A stretch of 64,000 nt of DNA, taken from positions 651 to 64,650 of the forward strand of contig CAAGKN010000013.1 of assembly GCA_900770415.1 (NCBI GenBank), read 5' to 3'. Below, piece after piece: positions 10,384-21,718 of this stretch (its first letter is position 1; each line of letters opens with the position of its first letter). The stretch is from Clostridia bacterium (GTDB taxonomy: Bacteria > Bacillota > Clostridia > TANB77 > CAG-508). Both the position numbers and the translations under genes were made by a program. The notes beneath the pieces are model-generated. The model saw only the letters and a program-made list of their open reading frames with translations. It was not told where the DNA came from and made no database searches.

Positions 10384-10662
10384 TTAATTAGCTTTGTCAA
10401 TAATTACACCCCTTAATTCATTATAAATTTCTTCACTTATATTTCTTTCTAGCACTTTTTCTAGTCTTTTATTTTTTATTACCTTTTCCAAGCATTCTAT
10501 GTTATCACATATATATGCACCCCTACCAGATAACTTTCCAGTTTTGTCTATTGTGATATTTCCATCTTTTGATGAAACAATTCTAATTAATTCTTTTTTA
10601 TCTTTTTTTGTATTACAACCCATGCACATTCTTTGTACAACTTTTTTCATAAAATTATCCAT
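10384..10662 (-). CDS. ylxR: YlxR/RnpM family RNA-binding protein (DUF448)
   Basis: 92 aa with RMCMGCNTKKDKKELIRIV and GRGAYIC motifs. Lies between nusA and infB. Confidence 0.85.
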   Translation of the reverse strand: MDNFMKKVVQRMCMGCNTKKDKKELIRIVSSKDGNITIDKTGKLSGRGAYICDNIECLEKVIKNKRLEKVLERNISEEIYNELRGVIIDKAN

Positions 10663-10705
10663 CCTTTTTATTTTTTCTGGTCGCCAAGGACTGCGCCCTA
10701 CATTA

Positions 10706-11812
10706 TTAGTCTTCTTCTGTTATTTCTTCAGTTGTTTCTTCTGATTCTTGTTTTTCTAATAATTCTCTAAATTGGCTTTCACTTTTTATATCAATTTTCC
10801 AGTTTGTAAGTCTTGCAGCTAAACGAGCATTTTGTCCAGATTTTCCTATTGCTAAAGATAATTGATCGTCTGGAACTATTACTTGTGCAAATTTTTCTTC
10901 TTCTTTTACATCTACAGCCATAACTTGTGCTGGTAATAATGCTGCTGATATAAATATTGCTGGGTCTTCATTCCATTCTATAACATCTATTTTTTCTCCA
11001 TTTAGTTCGTTTATAATGTTTTGAATTCTTATTCCTTTTTGTCCTACGCAAGAACCAACTGGGTCAATATTTTCGTTTGTAGAATATACTGCTACTTTGC
11101 TTCTTGAACCAGCATCTCTTGATACACTTTTTATTTCTATTAAACCTTCATATATTTCTGGTATTTCAAATTCAAATAATTTTCTTACAAAGTCAGGATG
11201 GCTTCTAGAAACTAGTACTTGTGGTGCTCCTTTTAAGCCTCTTTCTACACTAACAACATACGCTTTTATTTTATCATTTACATGATATGTTTCTGTTGGT
11301 ATTTGATCTTTTACTGGCATTATTCCTTCTAATTTTCCTAAATCTAATACAATAGTTCCGCCATCTGCTTTTTGTATAATTCCAGAAACAATTTCTCCTT
11401 TTCTGTCATTATATTCTGTATATACCATATTTCTTTCTACTTCTCTAATTTTTTGTACAATTACTTGTTTTGCAGTTTGTGCAGCAATTCTTCCAAAGTT
11501 TCTAGGTATTATTTCTATTTCTATTTCATCACCTATTTCGGCATTTTTATTTTCTTTTTTAGCTTCTTCTAAGCTTATTTCTAATTGATCATCTAGAACT
11601 TCCTCTACAACTGTTTTTACTGCATATACTTTTATATCTCCTGTGTTTTCGTCCATATTTACTTTTACATTTTCTGCTGAATCAAAGTTTCTTTTATATG
11701 CTGTAACCAAAGCAGTTTCTAATGAACTTAATAAATATTCTTTGCTTATTCCTCTTTCTTTTTCTAATTCTTCAATTGCTGTTATCAATTCTTTAGTTTC
11801 GATTGATTTCAT
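10706..11812 (-). CDS. nusA: Transcription termination/antitermination factor NusA
   Basis: S1 and two KH domains. Preferred start is ATG at 11812 (MKSIETKEL), 8 nt after GAAAGGA and just after the rimP stop. The ORF track extends to 11836. Confidence 0.95.
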   Translation of the reverse strand: MKSIETKELITAIEELEKERGISKEYLLSSLETALVTAYKRNFDSAENVKVNMDENTGDIKVYAVKTVVEEVLDDQLEISLEEAKKENKNAEIGDEIEIEIIPRNFGRIAAQTAKQVIVQKIREVERNMVYTEYNDRKGEIVSGIIQKADGGTIVLDLGKLEGIMPVKDQIPTETYHVNDKIKAYVVSVERGLKGAPQVLVSRSHPDFVRKLFEFEIPEIYEGLIEIKSVSRDAGSRSKVAVYSTNENIDPVGSCVGQKGIRIQNIINELNGEKIDVIEWNEDPAIFISAALLPAQVMAVDVKEEEKFAQVIVPDDQLSLAIGKSGQNARLAARLTNWKIDIKSESQFRELLEKQESEETTEEITEED

Positions 11813-11829
11813 TGTAATCATCCTTTCTT

Positions 11830-12288
11830 TTACCAATTATATACTGTTTTTATTTGTGATATATTTTTTCTGTCTATTTCTATTTGTTCTTCATTTTGAT
11901 TAACTATTTCTATTTTGGTTTCATCAAAATCTTTTAATATTCCTTTGTATTGTTTTTTACCTTCAAATGGTTTAAATAGTTTTATTTGAACTTCATTTCC
12001 TATATTATCCTTTAAGTGCTTTTCTCTTTTTAAAGTTCTTTCAATTCCTGGTGAAGAAACCTCTAAAAAATATTGCTCTGGAATTACATCTTCTTTGTCA
12101 AGCAATTCTGTAATATTATTGCTTACTTTTTCGCAATCTTCCAAGTCTATTCCTTTTTTTGAATCGATATAGATTCTTAAGAAGTAATCTTTTGCTTCTT
12201 TTACATATTCTACATCATAAAGTTCATATCCAAGGTTTTCTATGTTTTGCTTAATAAGGCTTTCAACCTTTTCTTCTATCTTTGCCAA
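11830..12288 (-). CDS. rimP: Ribosome maturation factor RimP
   Basis: 152 aa. RimP signature (LEVSSPGIERTLK). TTG start after AAAGGAG. Confidence 0.9.
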   Translation of the reverse strand: MAKIEEKVESLIKQNIENLGYELYDVEYVKEAKDYFLRIYIDSKKGIDLEDCEKVSNNITELLDKEDVIPEQYFLEVSSPGIERTLKREKHLKDNIGNEVQIKLFKPFEGKKQYKGILKDFDETKIEIVNQNEEQIEIDRKNISQIKTVYNW

Positions 12289-12309
12289 TTTTTTCTCCTT
12301 TTCATAATT

Positions 12310-12336
12310 GAAGAGTGGGATTTGTTCCCACTCTTC
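12310..12336 (-). promoter_or_regulatory. Strong hairpin in the rimP 5' leader, possibly a rimP-leader element
   Basis: GAAGAGTGGGA-TTTGT-TCCCACTCTTC, an 11 bp perfect stem, 22 nt upstream of the rimP start. Confidence 0.3.
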
Positions 12337-12483
12337 TAGTATTTTTTCAATTGCTTTATTATTATATACTCATTTTTTGAAAAAATCAAGTATTTTAGGC
12401 ATTTTTATTCATTGGTTGTTTTTATATTTCTTTAATTGCCTTATCATGTATATTTATTTTATATTTATATAGACTAATATATT

Positions 12484-13137
12484 ATGAATCAAATATTATA
12501 TACGGGTATTAATAATGAAAAAAATAATTCCCAAAAAAATTCTAAATCTTTTAAATTTTTACTATATATTTCTTTGTTTTTATTTATATCAACCACTTCA
12601 TATTTTTCTGTATATCTATACAATTCAAAAAAACAAGAAAAATTTGCTTCTACTTTAATTAATTCTTTTAATATAGATAGTTTGTATTCAAATGAGCAAA
12701 ATTATACTGTTGTAAAATTAAACAATTCTGATGAAGCTAATGTAATTGGCATAATGCAAATTGATAAAATTAATATTGAATATCCTATTCTTTCTAAAAC
12801 TAATGATGAGCTTCTTAAAATCTCGCCATGTAAATTTTTTGGTCCAGATCCAAATAAAGTAGGTAATCTTTGTATTGCAGGGCACAATTTTGATGATGAC
12901 CGTTTTTTTAGCAAGCTCTCTTTATTAGATGTTGGTGACATTATAAAAATATATGCCCCAGCAAACGTGTGTGTATATTATAAAGTTTATGAAATGTATG
13001 AAATTGAAAAAAATGACATGAGTTGTACTTCTCAAGAAACAAATGGGAATAAAGAAATAACCTTAATTACTTGTAATAACATAAATAAAAAAAGGCTTAT
13101 TTTAAAAGCCAAAGAAATGGAATTAAACGCACAATAG
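12484..13137 (+). CDS. Sortase family transpeptidase
   Basis: 217 aa with an N-terminal membrane anchor, LCIAGHNF (catalytic His) and ITLITCNN (TLxTC catalytic Cys). Confidence 0.8.
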   Translation: MNQILYTGINNEKNNSQKNSKSFKFLLYISLFLFISTTSYFSVYLYNSKKQEKFASTLINSFNIDSLYSNEQNYTVVKLNNSDEANVIGIMQIDKINIEYPILSKTNDELLKISPCKFFGPDPNKVGNLCIAGHNFDDDRFFSKLSLLDVGDIIKIYAPANVCVYYKVYEMYEIEKNDMSCTSQETNGNKEITLITCNNINKKRLILKAKEMELNAQ

Positions 13138-13160
13138 AGCTGTTCTGCAGAACAGCTCTA
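13135..13160. terminator. Bidirectional terminator shared by the convergent sortase and 13182..13532 genes
   Basis: Perfect 26 nt palindrome TAGAGCTGTTCTG/CAGAACAGCTCTA. Confidence 0.7.
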
Positions 13161-13181
13161 AAAACATTTATTTATTTAATT

Positions 13182-13532
13182 CTATACATTATAGTCTCTT
13201 ATTTTTTTGTAAGCATATATTGCTGAAACTCCACATACAGCTATTATAAATACTATTGAGTAATCAACACCTGCGTCTGCATGTTCTTCAGCATTTGAAA
13301 CTCTCGCATTATTATTTACTGCCTTGTTTGCTGAGTTATTAACTACATTATTTACTTTATTTTCTGTATTTGTATTATTATTTCTGCTTTCAATATTTTC
13401 AACATTATTATTTTTATTATTTGAGTATGCTGCGAATATATCATCAGCTGATGCAAATACATTTGTTGTTATTGCTAAAACTACTAATGCAATTGCTAAT
13501 ATACATATTATTACTTTTTTTACATTTGACAT
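13182..13532 (-). CDS. Small secreted Asn-rich protein with a C-terminal hydrophobic anchor and basic tail
   Basis: 116 aa: signal peptide (MSNVKKVIICILAIALVVLAITTNVFA), low-complexity N-rich middle, then HADAGVDYS-IVFIIAVCGVSAIYAY-KKIRDYNV. Confidence 0.4.
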   Translation of the reverse strand: MSNVKKVIICILAIALVVLAITTNVFASADDIFAAYSNNKNNNVENIESRNNNTNTENKVNNVVNNSANKAVNNNARVSNAEEHADAGVDYSIVFIIAVCGVSAIYAYKKIRDYNV

Positions 13533-13675
13533 AATTACTATCTCCTTTATATCACATTATACTATTATTATAAGTTGTCCTCTAATATTTATACTACATT
13601 TTTTCAATTATTGCAATAGTTTTGTGGTTTTTTTTAAATTTTTTTTAAAAAATATTTATTTTTCGACATTTTTTA

Positions 13676-14767
13676 TTAAACATTAAATTTAAATAGAACA
13701 ATATCTCCTTCTTGCATTATATATTCTTTTCCTTCTGATCTAATTAATCCTTTTTCTCTTGCTGCATTCATTGAACCTTCTTTTATTAGGTCATCATAAG
13801 AAACTATTTCTGCTTTTATAAATCCTCTTTGTATGTCTGAATGTATTTTTCCTGCTGCAACTGGTGCTTTTGTTCCTTTTTTTATTGTCCATGCCCTTAC
13901 TTCTGGCTCTCCTGCTGTTAAAAATGACATTAAACCTAGCACTGAATAGCTTTCTCTTATAACTCTATCTAATCCAGATTCTTTTAGTCCTAATGCTTCT
14001 AGCATTTCTTTTTTATCTGCCTCTTCTAAACTTGTTAATTCTTCTTCAATTTTTGCACAAAGTGGAATTGCTATACTATTTTCATTCTTTACATATTCTT
14101 TGACTTTTTTTACATTTTCATCGTTCTCTGCATCTGATAATTGTTCTTCTGATACATTACATATATATAAAATTGGTTTTGCAGTAAGAAGCATAGCATC
14201 TTTTAATATTAGTTTTTCGTCATCATTAAGTTCTAATGTTCTAGCAGGTTTTTCTTCTTCTAAATGTTTTTTTATTTTTTCTAGGCAATCAATTTCTTCT
14301 TGATATTTCTTATCTGCTTTTAAATTTTTCTTTGCTTTTTCTAGTCTTTTTTCTACTGTCTCCATATCTGCTAATATTAATTCTAAGTTAATTGTTTCTA
14401 TATCTCTAATTGGATTTATACTTCCATCTACATGCACAATGTTGGGATCTTCAAAGCATCTTACTACTTGTGCTATTGCGTCTACCTCTCTAATATGTGA
14501 TAAAAATTTATTTCCAAGTCCTTCTCCTTTACTTGCTCCTTTTACAAGTCCAGCAATATCAACAAACTCTACAATTGCATGAGTTATTTTTTGAGTATTA
14601 TACATCTTTCCTAAAACATCTAATCTTTCGTCTGGTACTGGTACAACGCCCACATTTGGTTCTATTGTACAGAATGGATAGTTTGCACATTCTGCCCCTG
14701 CATTTGTTATACTATTAAACATTGTACTTTTGCCTACATTTGGTAAACCTACTATTCCTATTTTCAT
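13676..14767 (-). CDS. ychF: Redox-regulated ATPase YchF (Obg-family)
   Basis: 363 aa with GIVGLPNVGKST, a coiled-coil insert and a TGS-like C-terminus. Confidence 0.9.
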   Translation of the reverse strand: MKIGIVGLPNVGKSTMFNSITNAGAECANYPFCTIEPNVGVVPVPDERLDVLGKMYNTQKITHAIVEFVDIAGLVKGASKGEGLGNKFLSHIREVDAIAQVVRCFEDPNIVHVDGSINPIRDIETINLELILADMETVEKRLEKAKKNLKADKKYQEEIDCLEKIKKHLEEEKPARTLELNDDEKLILKDAMLLTAKPILYICNVSEEQLSDAENDENVKKVKEYVKNENSIAIPLCAKIEEELTSLEEADKKEMLEALGLKESGLDRVIRESYSVLGLMSFLTAGEPEVRAWTIKKGTKAPVAAGKIHSDIQRGFIKAEIVSYDDLIKEGSMNAAREKGLIRSEGKEYIMQEGDIVLFKFNV

Positions 14768-14819
14768 ACTAATCCCTCTTCGTTTTTTGATTTTTTTGTA
14801 ATATACACTTCTTTTATTT

Positions 14820-14895
14820 TGGAGCTTCCAACCAGAATCGAACTGGTGACCTCTTGCTTACCACGCAAGTGCTCTACCTACTGAGCTATAGAAGC
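14820..14895 (-). tRNA. tRNA-Thr, anticodon GGT, with encoded CCA
   Basis: The reverse complement folds as acceptor GCTTCTA/TGGAAGC, D-arm GCTC..GAGC, anticodon stem CTTGC/GCAAG with loop GTGGTAA, and T-arm ACCAG-TTCGATT-CTGGT. Confidence 0.9.
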
Positions 14896-14901
14896 ATATA
14901 A

Positions 14902-14924
14902 GATGAGGATTATTCCTCCTCATC
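14902..14924 (-). terminator. Hairpin after the reconstructed sigH stop
   Basis: GATGAGGA-TTATTCC-TCCTCATC, overlapping the TAA at 14910..14912. Confidence 0.5.
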
Positions 14925-15558
14925 TACTATATTTCTAATTGCTTTTTTTCTAATTCTCTGTATTGCATTGTCAACCGATTTCACTTGTGTGTCAAGTTTT
15001 TCTGCAATTGTTACATAGCTTTCTCCGTTTTACAAATCTTCCTAAAACTTGTTTTTCAAAATCGCTCAAATGCTCATCTATTTTTGTTCCTACTTTTTTG
15101 TAATATTCTTTTTTTGTTATAGTGTCTAATGGATCTTCAACTGTTTTAGAGTTAAAGCATTCCATTAATGAAGTATCATCATCTTCTTCATACACAGAAG
15201 TGTTTAATGATAACGAAGAATTAAGTGGTATATGCTTTTGTCTATTTGAAGTTTTTATTGCTGTAATTAACTGTCTTTCTATACACAAATTAGCAAATGA
15301 TTTAAAAGAATTTTGCTTGTCCACTTCAAAATTTTTTACAGCCTTATAAAGTCCTATCATTGCTTCTTGTACTATATCCTCTTTTTCTGCACCAACAATA
15401 AAATACTTACTTACCTTCATGTTAACAAGGTTTTTGTATCTTTCAAATAAGTATTCTAATGCCTTCTCATTTCCTTCTTTTGCAAAAGTTACTAATTGTT
15501 CATCAGTTTTATTGTTTAAATTGTCATCAAATGAATATGCTAATTTACCTTGTGCCAT
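14910..15558 (-). CDS. sigH: Sporulation/transition-state sigma factor SigH, interrupted by one extra nucleotide at a zero-frame CGG (15025..15027)
   Basis: Regions 2 and 3 are intact (IVQEAMIGLYKAVKNF, CIERQLITAIKTSNRQKHIPLNS). The zero frame ends ...VLGRFVKRRKLCNNCRKT* at 14992. The +1 frame continues GESYVTIAEKLDTQVKSVDNAIQRIRKKAIRNIVDEEE*, which is the region 4 HTH. Start is assumed at MAQGKL (15558). Confidence 0.85.
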
Positions 15559-15643
15559 TTGTTTACTTTTGCCTCCATCATCAATTGAATTTGACCTTAT
15601 TATATTAACTAAACGTAGTAAAGTCAATAGTTTCAAAACATTT

Positions 15644-16834
15644 TTATTTTTTATTATATTCTTTTATAGCAAATTCTACATCTTCTCTATTTTTTATTGG
15701 AGCGAATTCGTCTTTTTCTATTCTTAAAACTAACATATCTTCAAAATATGAGAAGGCATCAAATATAAACTTTTCAAATTTAAAGCTATCTTGTATTACG
15801 CTTTCTCCATTTTGATTTAGTGCATTAGTTTTTCTAAACACTCTATGATATGGTAAATCTTTTTGTATAACTTGTTTAACTGCTTTCAGTGTCATAAGAT
15901 GCGATAAGACATTACAGTCTCTATATAGAAATTCACCATTTTTTGCTTTTTCTTCTGATAATTCTTTTGAAATTTTGTCATATCCTAATATATATGGCCT
16001 GTTTTTTCTTTTGCAAAAGACTGCAGATTTCTCCATAGCATTTTCTTTAAAAATGGATTTCGAAGCCACTTGATATTTCTTATAAGCCATCATCCCTAAA
16101 AAAATATAATCAATTGGATTTGCCAAAATGTTATCGATTCCCATAAATGATATGTATTCTATGCCTTCATTATCTAGTTTATTTATAATATTGTTTTTAC
16201 TTAAAGCCTCAAAAACATCTCCATTTCCATTAGCTGCTTTTTTTATTTTGTACTTTTCCTCTAACAGAATCTTTCCATTTAAATCCAAAACTGGAATTTC
16301 ATTTTGTGTAAAGAATATTATTCTATTCTTAGGGTATCCAAAATAGTTATTGTTTCTAAAAAATTCTTGTGTTTGTAAATCATTTTCTTTGCTAGTCATT
16401 ATAAGCCATAATATTTCTATATTATATTGTTTATTTGCTTTAATAAGTTTTTCACAGTTTATTTCAAAAAGGCTTTTTAGTTTTCCATCTATATTTAATT
16501 TAAACATTCCTTTGGGCCCATTTACTCCTAATCTGCTTCCCTGTCCTCCTGCCATTGTAATAACACATAATTTATTTTTTCTCAAGATTTCTTTTGCTAG
16601 GTTTGAATATTCTTCTATTATACTTTTACTTAATTTCTTTTTTATATAATATTTAATTGGCTCTATCTCTTTTAATTCGATAATCTCGTCTTTTTTTGAG
16701 TTTATATACATGCTATTTATTTGTTCAAAATCAATACTTTCTATTTCTTTTTGTAGCTTACTTTGTTCTGTTTTGTTTAAATCCTTATAAAATCTTTCAA
16801 GTTGTTCTTGATTATATTTTTCTAAAATATTCAT
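15644..16834 (-). CDS. UDPGP-family nucleotidyltransferase (UDP-N-acetylhexosamine pyrophosphorylase-like)
   Basis: 396 aa with the ITMAGGQGSRLGVNGPKGMF signature of UAP1-type uridylyltransferases. Confidence 0.7.
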   Translation of the reverse strand: MNILEKYNQEQLERFYKDLNKTEQSKLQKEIESIDFEQINSMYINSKKDEIIELKEIEPIKYYIKKKLSKSIIEEYSNLAKEILRKNKLCVITMAGGQGSRLGVNGPKGMFKLNIDGKLKSLFEINCEKLIKANKQYNIEILWLIMTSKENDLQTQEFFRNNNYFGYPKNRIIFFTQNEIPVLDLNGKILLEEKYKIKKAANGNGDVFEALSKNNIINKLDNEGIEYISFMGIDNILANPIDYIFLGMMAYKKYQVASKSIFKENAMEKSAVFCKRKNRPYILGYDKISKELSEEKAKNGEFLYRDCNVLSHLMTLKAVKQVIQKDLPYHRVFRKTNALNQNGESVIQDSFKFEKFIFDAFSYFEDMLVLRIEKDEFAPIKNREDVEFAIKEYNKK

Positions 16835-16844
16835 AAGAAACTCC

Positions 16845-17114
16845 TTATGCTTGAATTTTATACTCTATATTTTCCATAAAAGGATGTATTTCTTTTACAG
16901 ATTTTAATGTTATAATTTGTGTTTTGGGATGTGGTCCTTTTCCACTAAAATTGACTATTTCTTTTGAATAGCAGTTTTTAGTAAGTTTGCTAAGCAAATA
17001 TCTTGTGCCCATATATGTGTAATATATTTGATAACCATCATTTAAATCTTTCCATAATTGTTCAAAACTATAGTCTTTATTCATTTTATCTCCTTTATAA
17101 ATTGGAGTTTGCAA
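16845..17114 (-). CDS. Hypothetical protein
   Basis: 89 aa ORF in an operon-like position between ligA and the UDPGP gene. No family recognised. Confidence 0.3.
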   Translation of the reverse strand: MQTPIYKGDKMNKDYSFEQLWKDLNDGYQIYYTYMGTRYLLSKLTKNCYSKEIVNFSGKGPHPKTQIITLKSVKEIHPFMENIEYKIQA

Positions 17115-17120
17115 TTATAT

Positions 17121-19109
<1,989 letters not shown>

Positions 19110-19127
19110 TTAAGTTCCTCCTCTGTT

Positions 19128-19168
19128 AAATTGGTGAAAAAGGGGTCTGACCCCTTTTTCACCAATTT
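19128..19168 (-). terminator. Very strong hairpin terminator after pgsA
   Basis: AAATTGGTGAAAAAGGGGTC-T-GACCCCTTTTTCACCAATTT, a 20 bp stem. Confidence 0.7.
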
Positions 19169-19771
19169 TTAATCTTTTAGTAATTCTTTACCATTTTTTA
19201 CATAGTCCCAACCTGAGAAGATTGTTGCTATTACTGAAATCAACATGAATACTGTTGCTAGTATATTTATTATTAGTTCTGCTCCTGTTAAATTTCCTTT
19301 TATAAATGCACCAAATATATTTGTATTATTAATATTTATAAACATTAATATTATTGCAATCATTTGCGTTACTGTTTTTAGTTTTCCCCAAATACTTGCT
19401 GCTATTACTTCTCCGCCTTTTTCTACAGCTATTAGTCTGTATCCTGATACTACAAATTCTCTAAATAATACTATAATTGGGATCCAAGCTGGCAAACTTT
19501 TTGCTTCTACCAATATAAGCATTGCCGCTAGCACTAATATTTTGTCTGCTAGTGGATCTGCAAATTTTCCAAATGTAGTTATTTGATTATTTTTTCTTGC
19601 TAGTTTTCCGTCTAGGTGGTCTGTGTATGATGCAATTATAAATATTAATCCCATTATCCAATATGCAATTGATATTCCTAAGAAATTTCCACTTATATTT
19701 AAATATGGAATTATTACCATTACTGGCACTAGCAAAATCCTAAAAATTGTTAATTTATTTGGTAAATTCAT
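19169..19771 (-). CDS. pgsA: CDP-diacylglycerol--glycerol-3-phosphate 3-phosphatidyltransferase
   Basis: CDP-alcohol phosphotransferase motif (DHLDGKLARK...FGKFADPLADK). ATG at 19771 overlaps the nadE stop (ATGA). Confidence 0.9.
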   Translation of the reverse strand: MNLPNKLTIFRILLVPVMVIIPYLNISGNFLGISIAYWIMGLIFIIASYTDHLDGKLARKNNQITTFGKFADPLADKILVLAAMLILVEAKSLPAWIPIIVLFREFVVSGYRLIAVEKGGEVIAASIWGKLKTVTQMIAIILMFININNTNIFGAFIKGNLTGAELIINILATVFMLISVIATIFSGWDYVKNGKELLKD

Positions 19772-21702
19772 ATTATTCCCTCCAATAAATTTTTTAGCCA
19801 AATATTATAATTTACATCACTTGGCATTCTTAAATCTCCTCTTGGAGATAAGCTTACTGTTCCTACTTTTGGTCCGTCTGGCATACAGTTTCTCTTAAAT
19901 TGTTGTGTAAAAAATCTTTTTATAAAAACTTGTAACCAATGCTTTATCTCTTCATTTTCAAAATCATTTTCAAATGTTTTGCATGCTAATATATATATTT
20001 TTTTAGGTTCTGCTCCATATCTTAAAAAATGATATAAAAAGAAATCGTGTAATATATATGGTCCAACTTGTTCTTCTGTTTTTTGTTCTATATTGCCATT
20101 TTCATCTGGTGGCAATAGTTCTGGTGATATTGGAGTATCTAATATATCATTAATTATATTTTTGCACTCTTCTTTACTATTATCTGCAACCCATTTTATT
20201 ATATATTTTACTAGTGTTTTTGGAATACTTGTATTTACAGCATACATACTCATGTGGTCGCCATTATATGTACACCATCCAAGAGCTAGTTCTGATAAAT
20301 CGCCTGTTCCAACCACTAATCCGTTTTCTTTGTTTGCAATATCCATTAGTATTTTTGTTCTTTCTCTTGCTTGAGCATTTTCATAAGTTACATCTTTTAT
20401 ATTTTTGTCATGTCCTATATCTTCAAAGTGTTGCAAAGAACTTTTAGTTATATTTATTTCTCTAAATGTTGCTCCATACTCATTTATAAGCTTTATAGAG
20501 TTATTATGTGTTCTAGAAGTTGTTCCAAATCCTGGCATTGTTATTGCTATTATATTTTCTTTTGGAAGATTTAATATCTCGTATGCTTTAGTTATTACTA
20601 AAAAAGCAAGTGTTGAATCTAATCCTCCTGATATTCCAATCACTGTTTTATTAATGTTTGTATGTAATAATCTTTTAGCTAAACCATAACTTTGTATATT
20701 TAAAATTTCTTCACAAATTTCACTTATTTTTTTTTTATCCTCCGGAACAAATGGAGTTTTACTATATTCTCTTGTTAAACTTTCTATATTATCTGGTATA
20801 TTTATTTCTATTTCTCTATATTCTAAATCCACTGGATTCCCCATAAAGCTAGTATTTTTTCTTCTATCGTTTGCAAGTCTTTTTGTATCTATTTCTGTAA
20901 AAATCATATTACTTTCAAAGTCAAATCTTTGGTTATTTGCTAGGCAAGACCCATTTTCAAAAATCATACTTTCTCCAGAAAATACTACATCTGAAGTTGA
21001 TTCATTTACTCCGCTAGAGCAATATACATATCCTGATATTGTTTTTGCTGATTGCATTTTTACTAATTCTCTTCTATACTCTTTTTTGCCTATAACTTCA
21101 TTGCTTGCAGATAAATTAAATATAATATTTGCTCCAAGTAATGATAACTTGTTGCTTGGTGGCTCTACTGCCCATACATCTTCACATATTTCTATTCCAA
21201 AGCAAATCTCATTATTTGCTTTATCTTTAAATAATAAATCTATTCCAAAAGGAACTTTTTGACCTAATATTTCTATTTCTTTGTTATTTGCATTTTTGCT
21301 AGATGTAAACCATCTTTTTTCGTAGAATTCACTATAATTTGGAATAAATGTTTTTGGTACTATTCCAAGTATTCTACCTTTTTGAATTACAACTGCTGTA
21401 TTAAATAATTGATTCTCTGCTTTTATTGGCATACCAATTATACAAATAATATCTAGATTATTTGTATATTCTAAGATTTTATCTAGTGATTTTTCTGCTT
21501 CTTCTAGCAAAATATCTTGTTCAAATAAATCTTGGCATGTATAACCTGTAATACATAATTCTGGAAATACTGCTATTTGAATTTTATTATTACTCGCTAT
21601 TTCTATTTGTTTTATTATTTCATTGCAATTGAATTCTGTATCTGCTACTTTTAGCTTTGGGACTACAGCCCCTACTCTTACAAATCCTTGTTCTTTTAAC
21701 AT
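19768..21702 (-). CDS. nadE: Glutamine-dependent NAD+ synthetase
   Basis: 644 aa with an N-terminal nitrilase-like domain (ICEDVW) and a C-terminal NAD synthetase SGGLDS P-loop. Confidence 0.9.
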   Translation of the reverse strand: MLKEQGFVRVGAVVPKLKVADTEFNCNEIIKQIEIASNNKIQIAVFPELCITGYTCQDLFEQDILLEEAEKSLDKILEYTNNLDIICIIGMPIKAENQLFNTAVVIQKGRILGIVPKTFIPNYSEFYEKRWFTSSKNANNKEIEILGQKVPFGIDLLFKDKANNEICFGIEICEDVWAVEPPSNKLSLLGANIIFNLSASNEVIGKKEYRRELVKMQSAKTISGYVYCSSGVNESTSDVVFSGESMIFENGSCLANNQRFDFESNMIFTEIDTKRLANDRRKNTSFMGNPVDLEYREIEINIPDNIESLTREYSKTPFVPEDKKKISEICEEILNIQSYGLAKRLLHTNINKTVIGISGGLDSTLAFLVITKAYEILNLPKENIIAITMPGFGTTSRTHNNSIKLINEYGATFREINITKSSLQHFEDIGHDKNIKDVTYENAQARERTKILMDIANKENGLVVGTGDLSELALGWCTYNGDHMSMYAVNTSIPKTLVKYIIKWVADNSKEECKNIINDILDTPISPELLPPDENGNIEQKTEEQVGPYILHDFFLYHFLRYGAEPKKIYILACKTFENDFENEEIKHWLQVFIKRFFTQQFKRNCMPDGPKVGTVSLSPRGDLRMPSDVNYNIWLKNLLEGII

Positions 21703-21718
21703 ATTAGTTTCCTTTCAT

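Noticed and set aside
15559-15636. N-terminal extension of sigH in the ORF track (MKLLTLLRLVNIIRSNSIDDGGKSKQ).
   Set aside because: It is not part of the conserved SigH. It begins only 8 nt from the upstream gene's stop. The internal ATG at 15558 preceded by GGAGG fits better, although the start remains uncertain.
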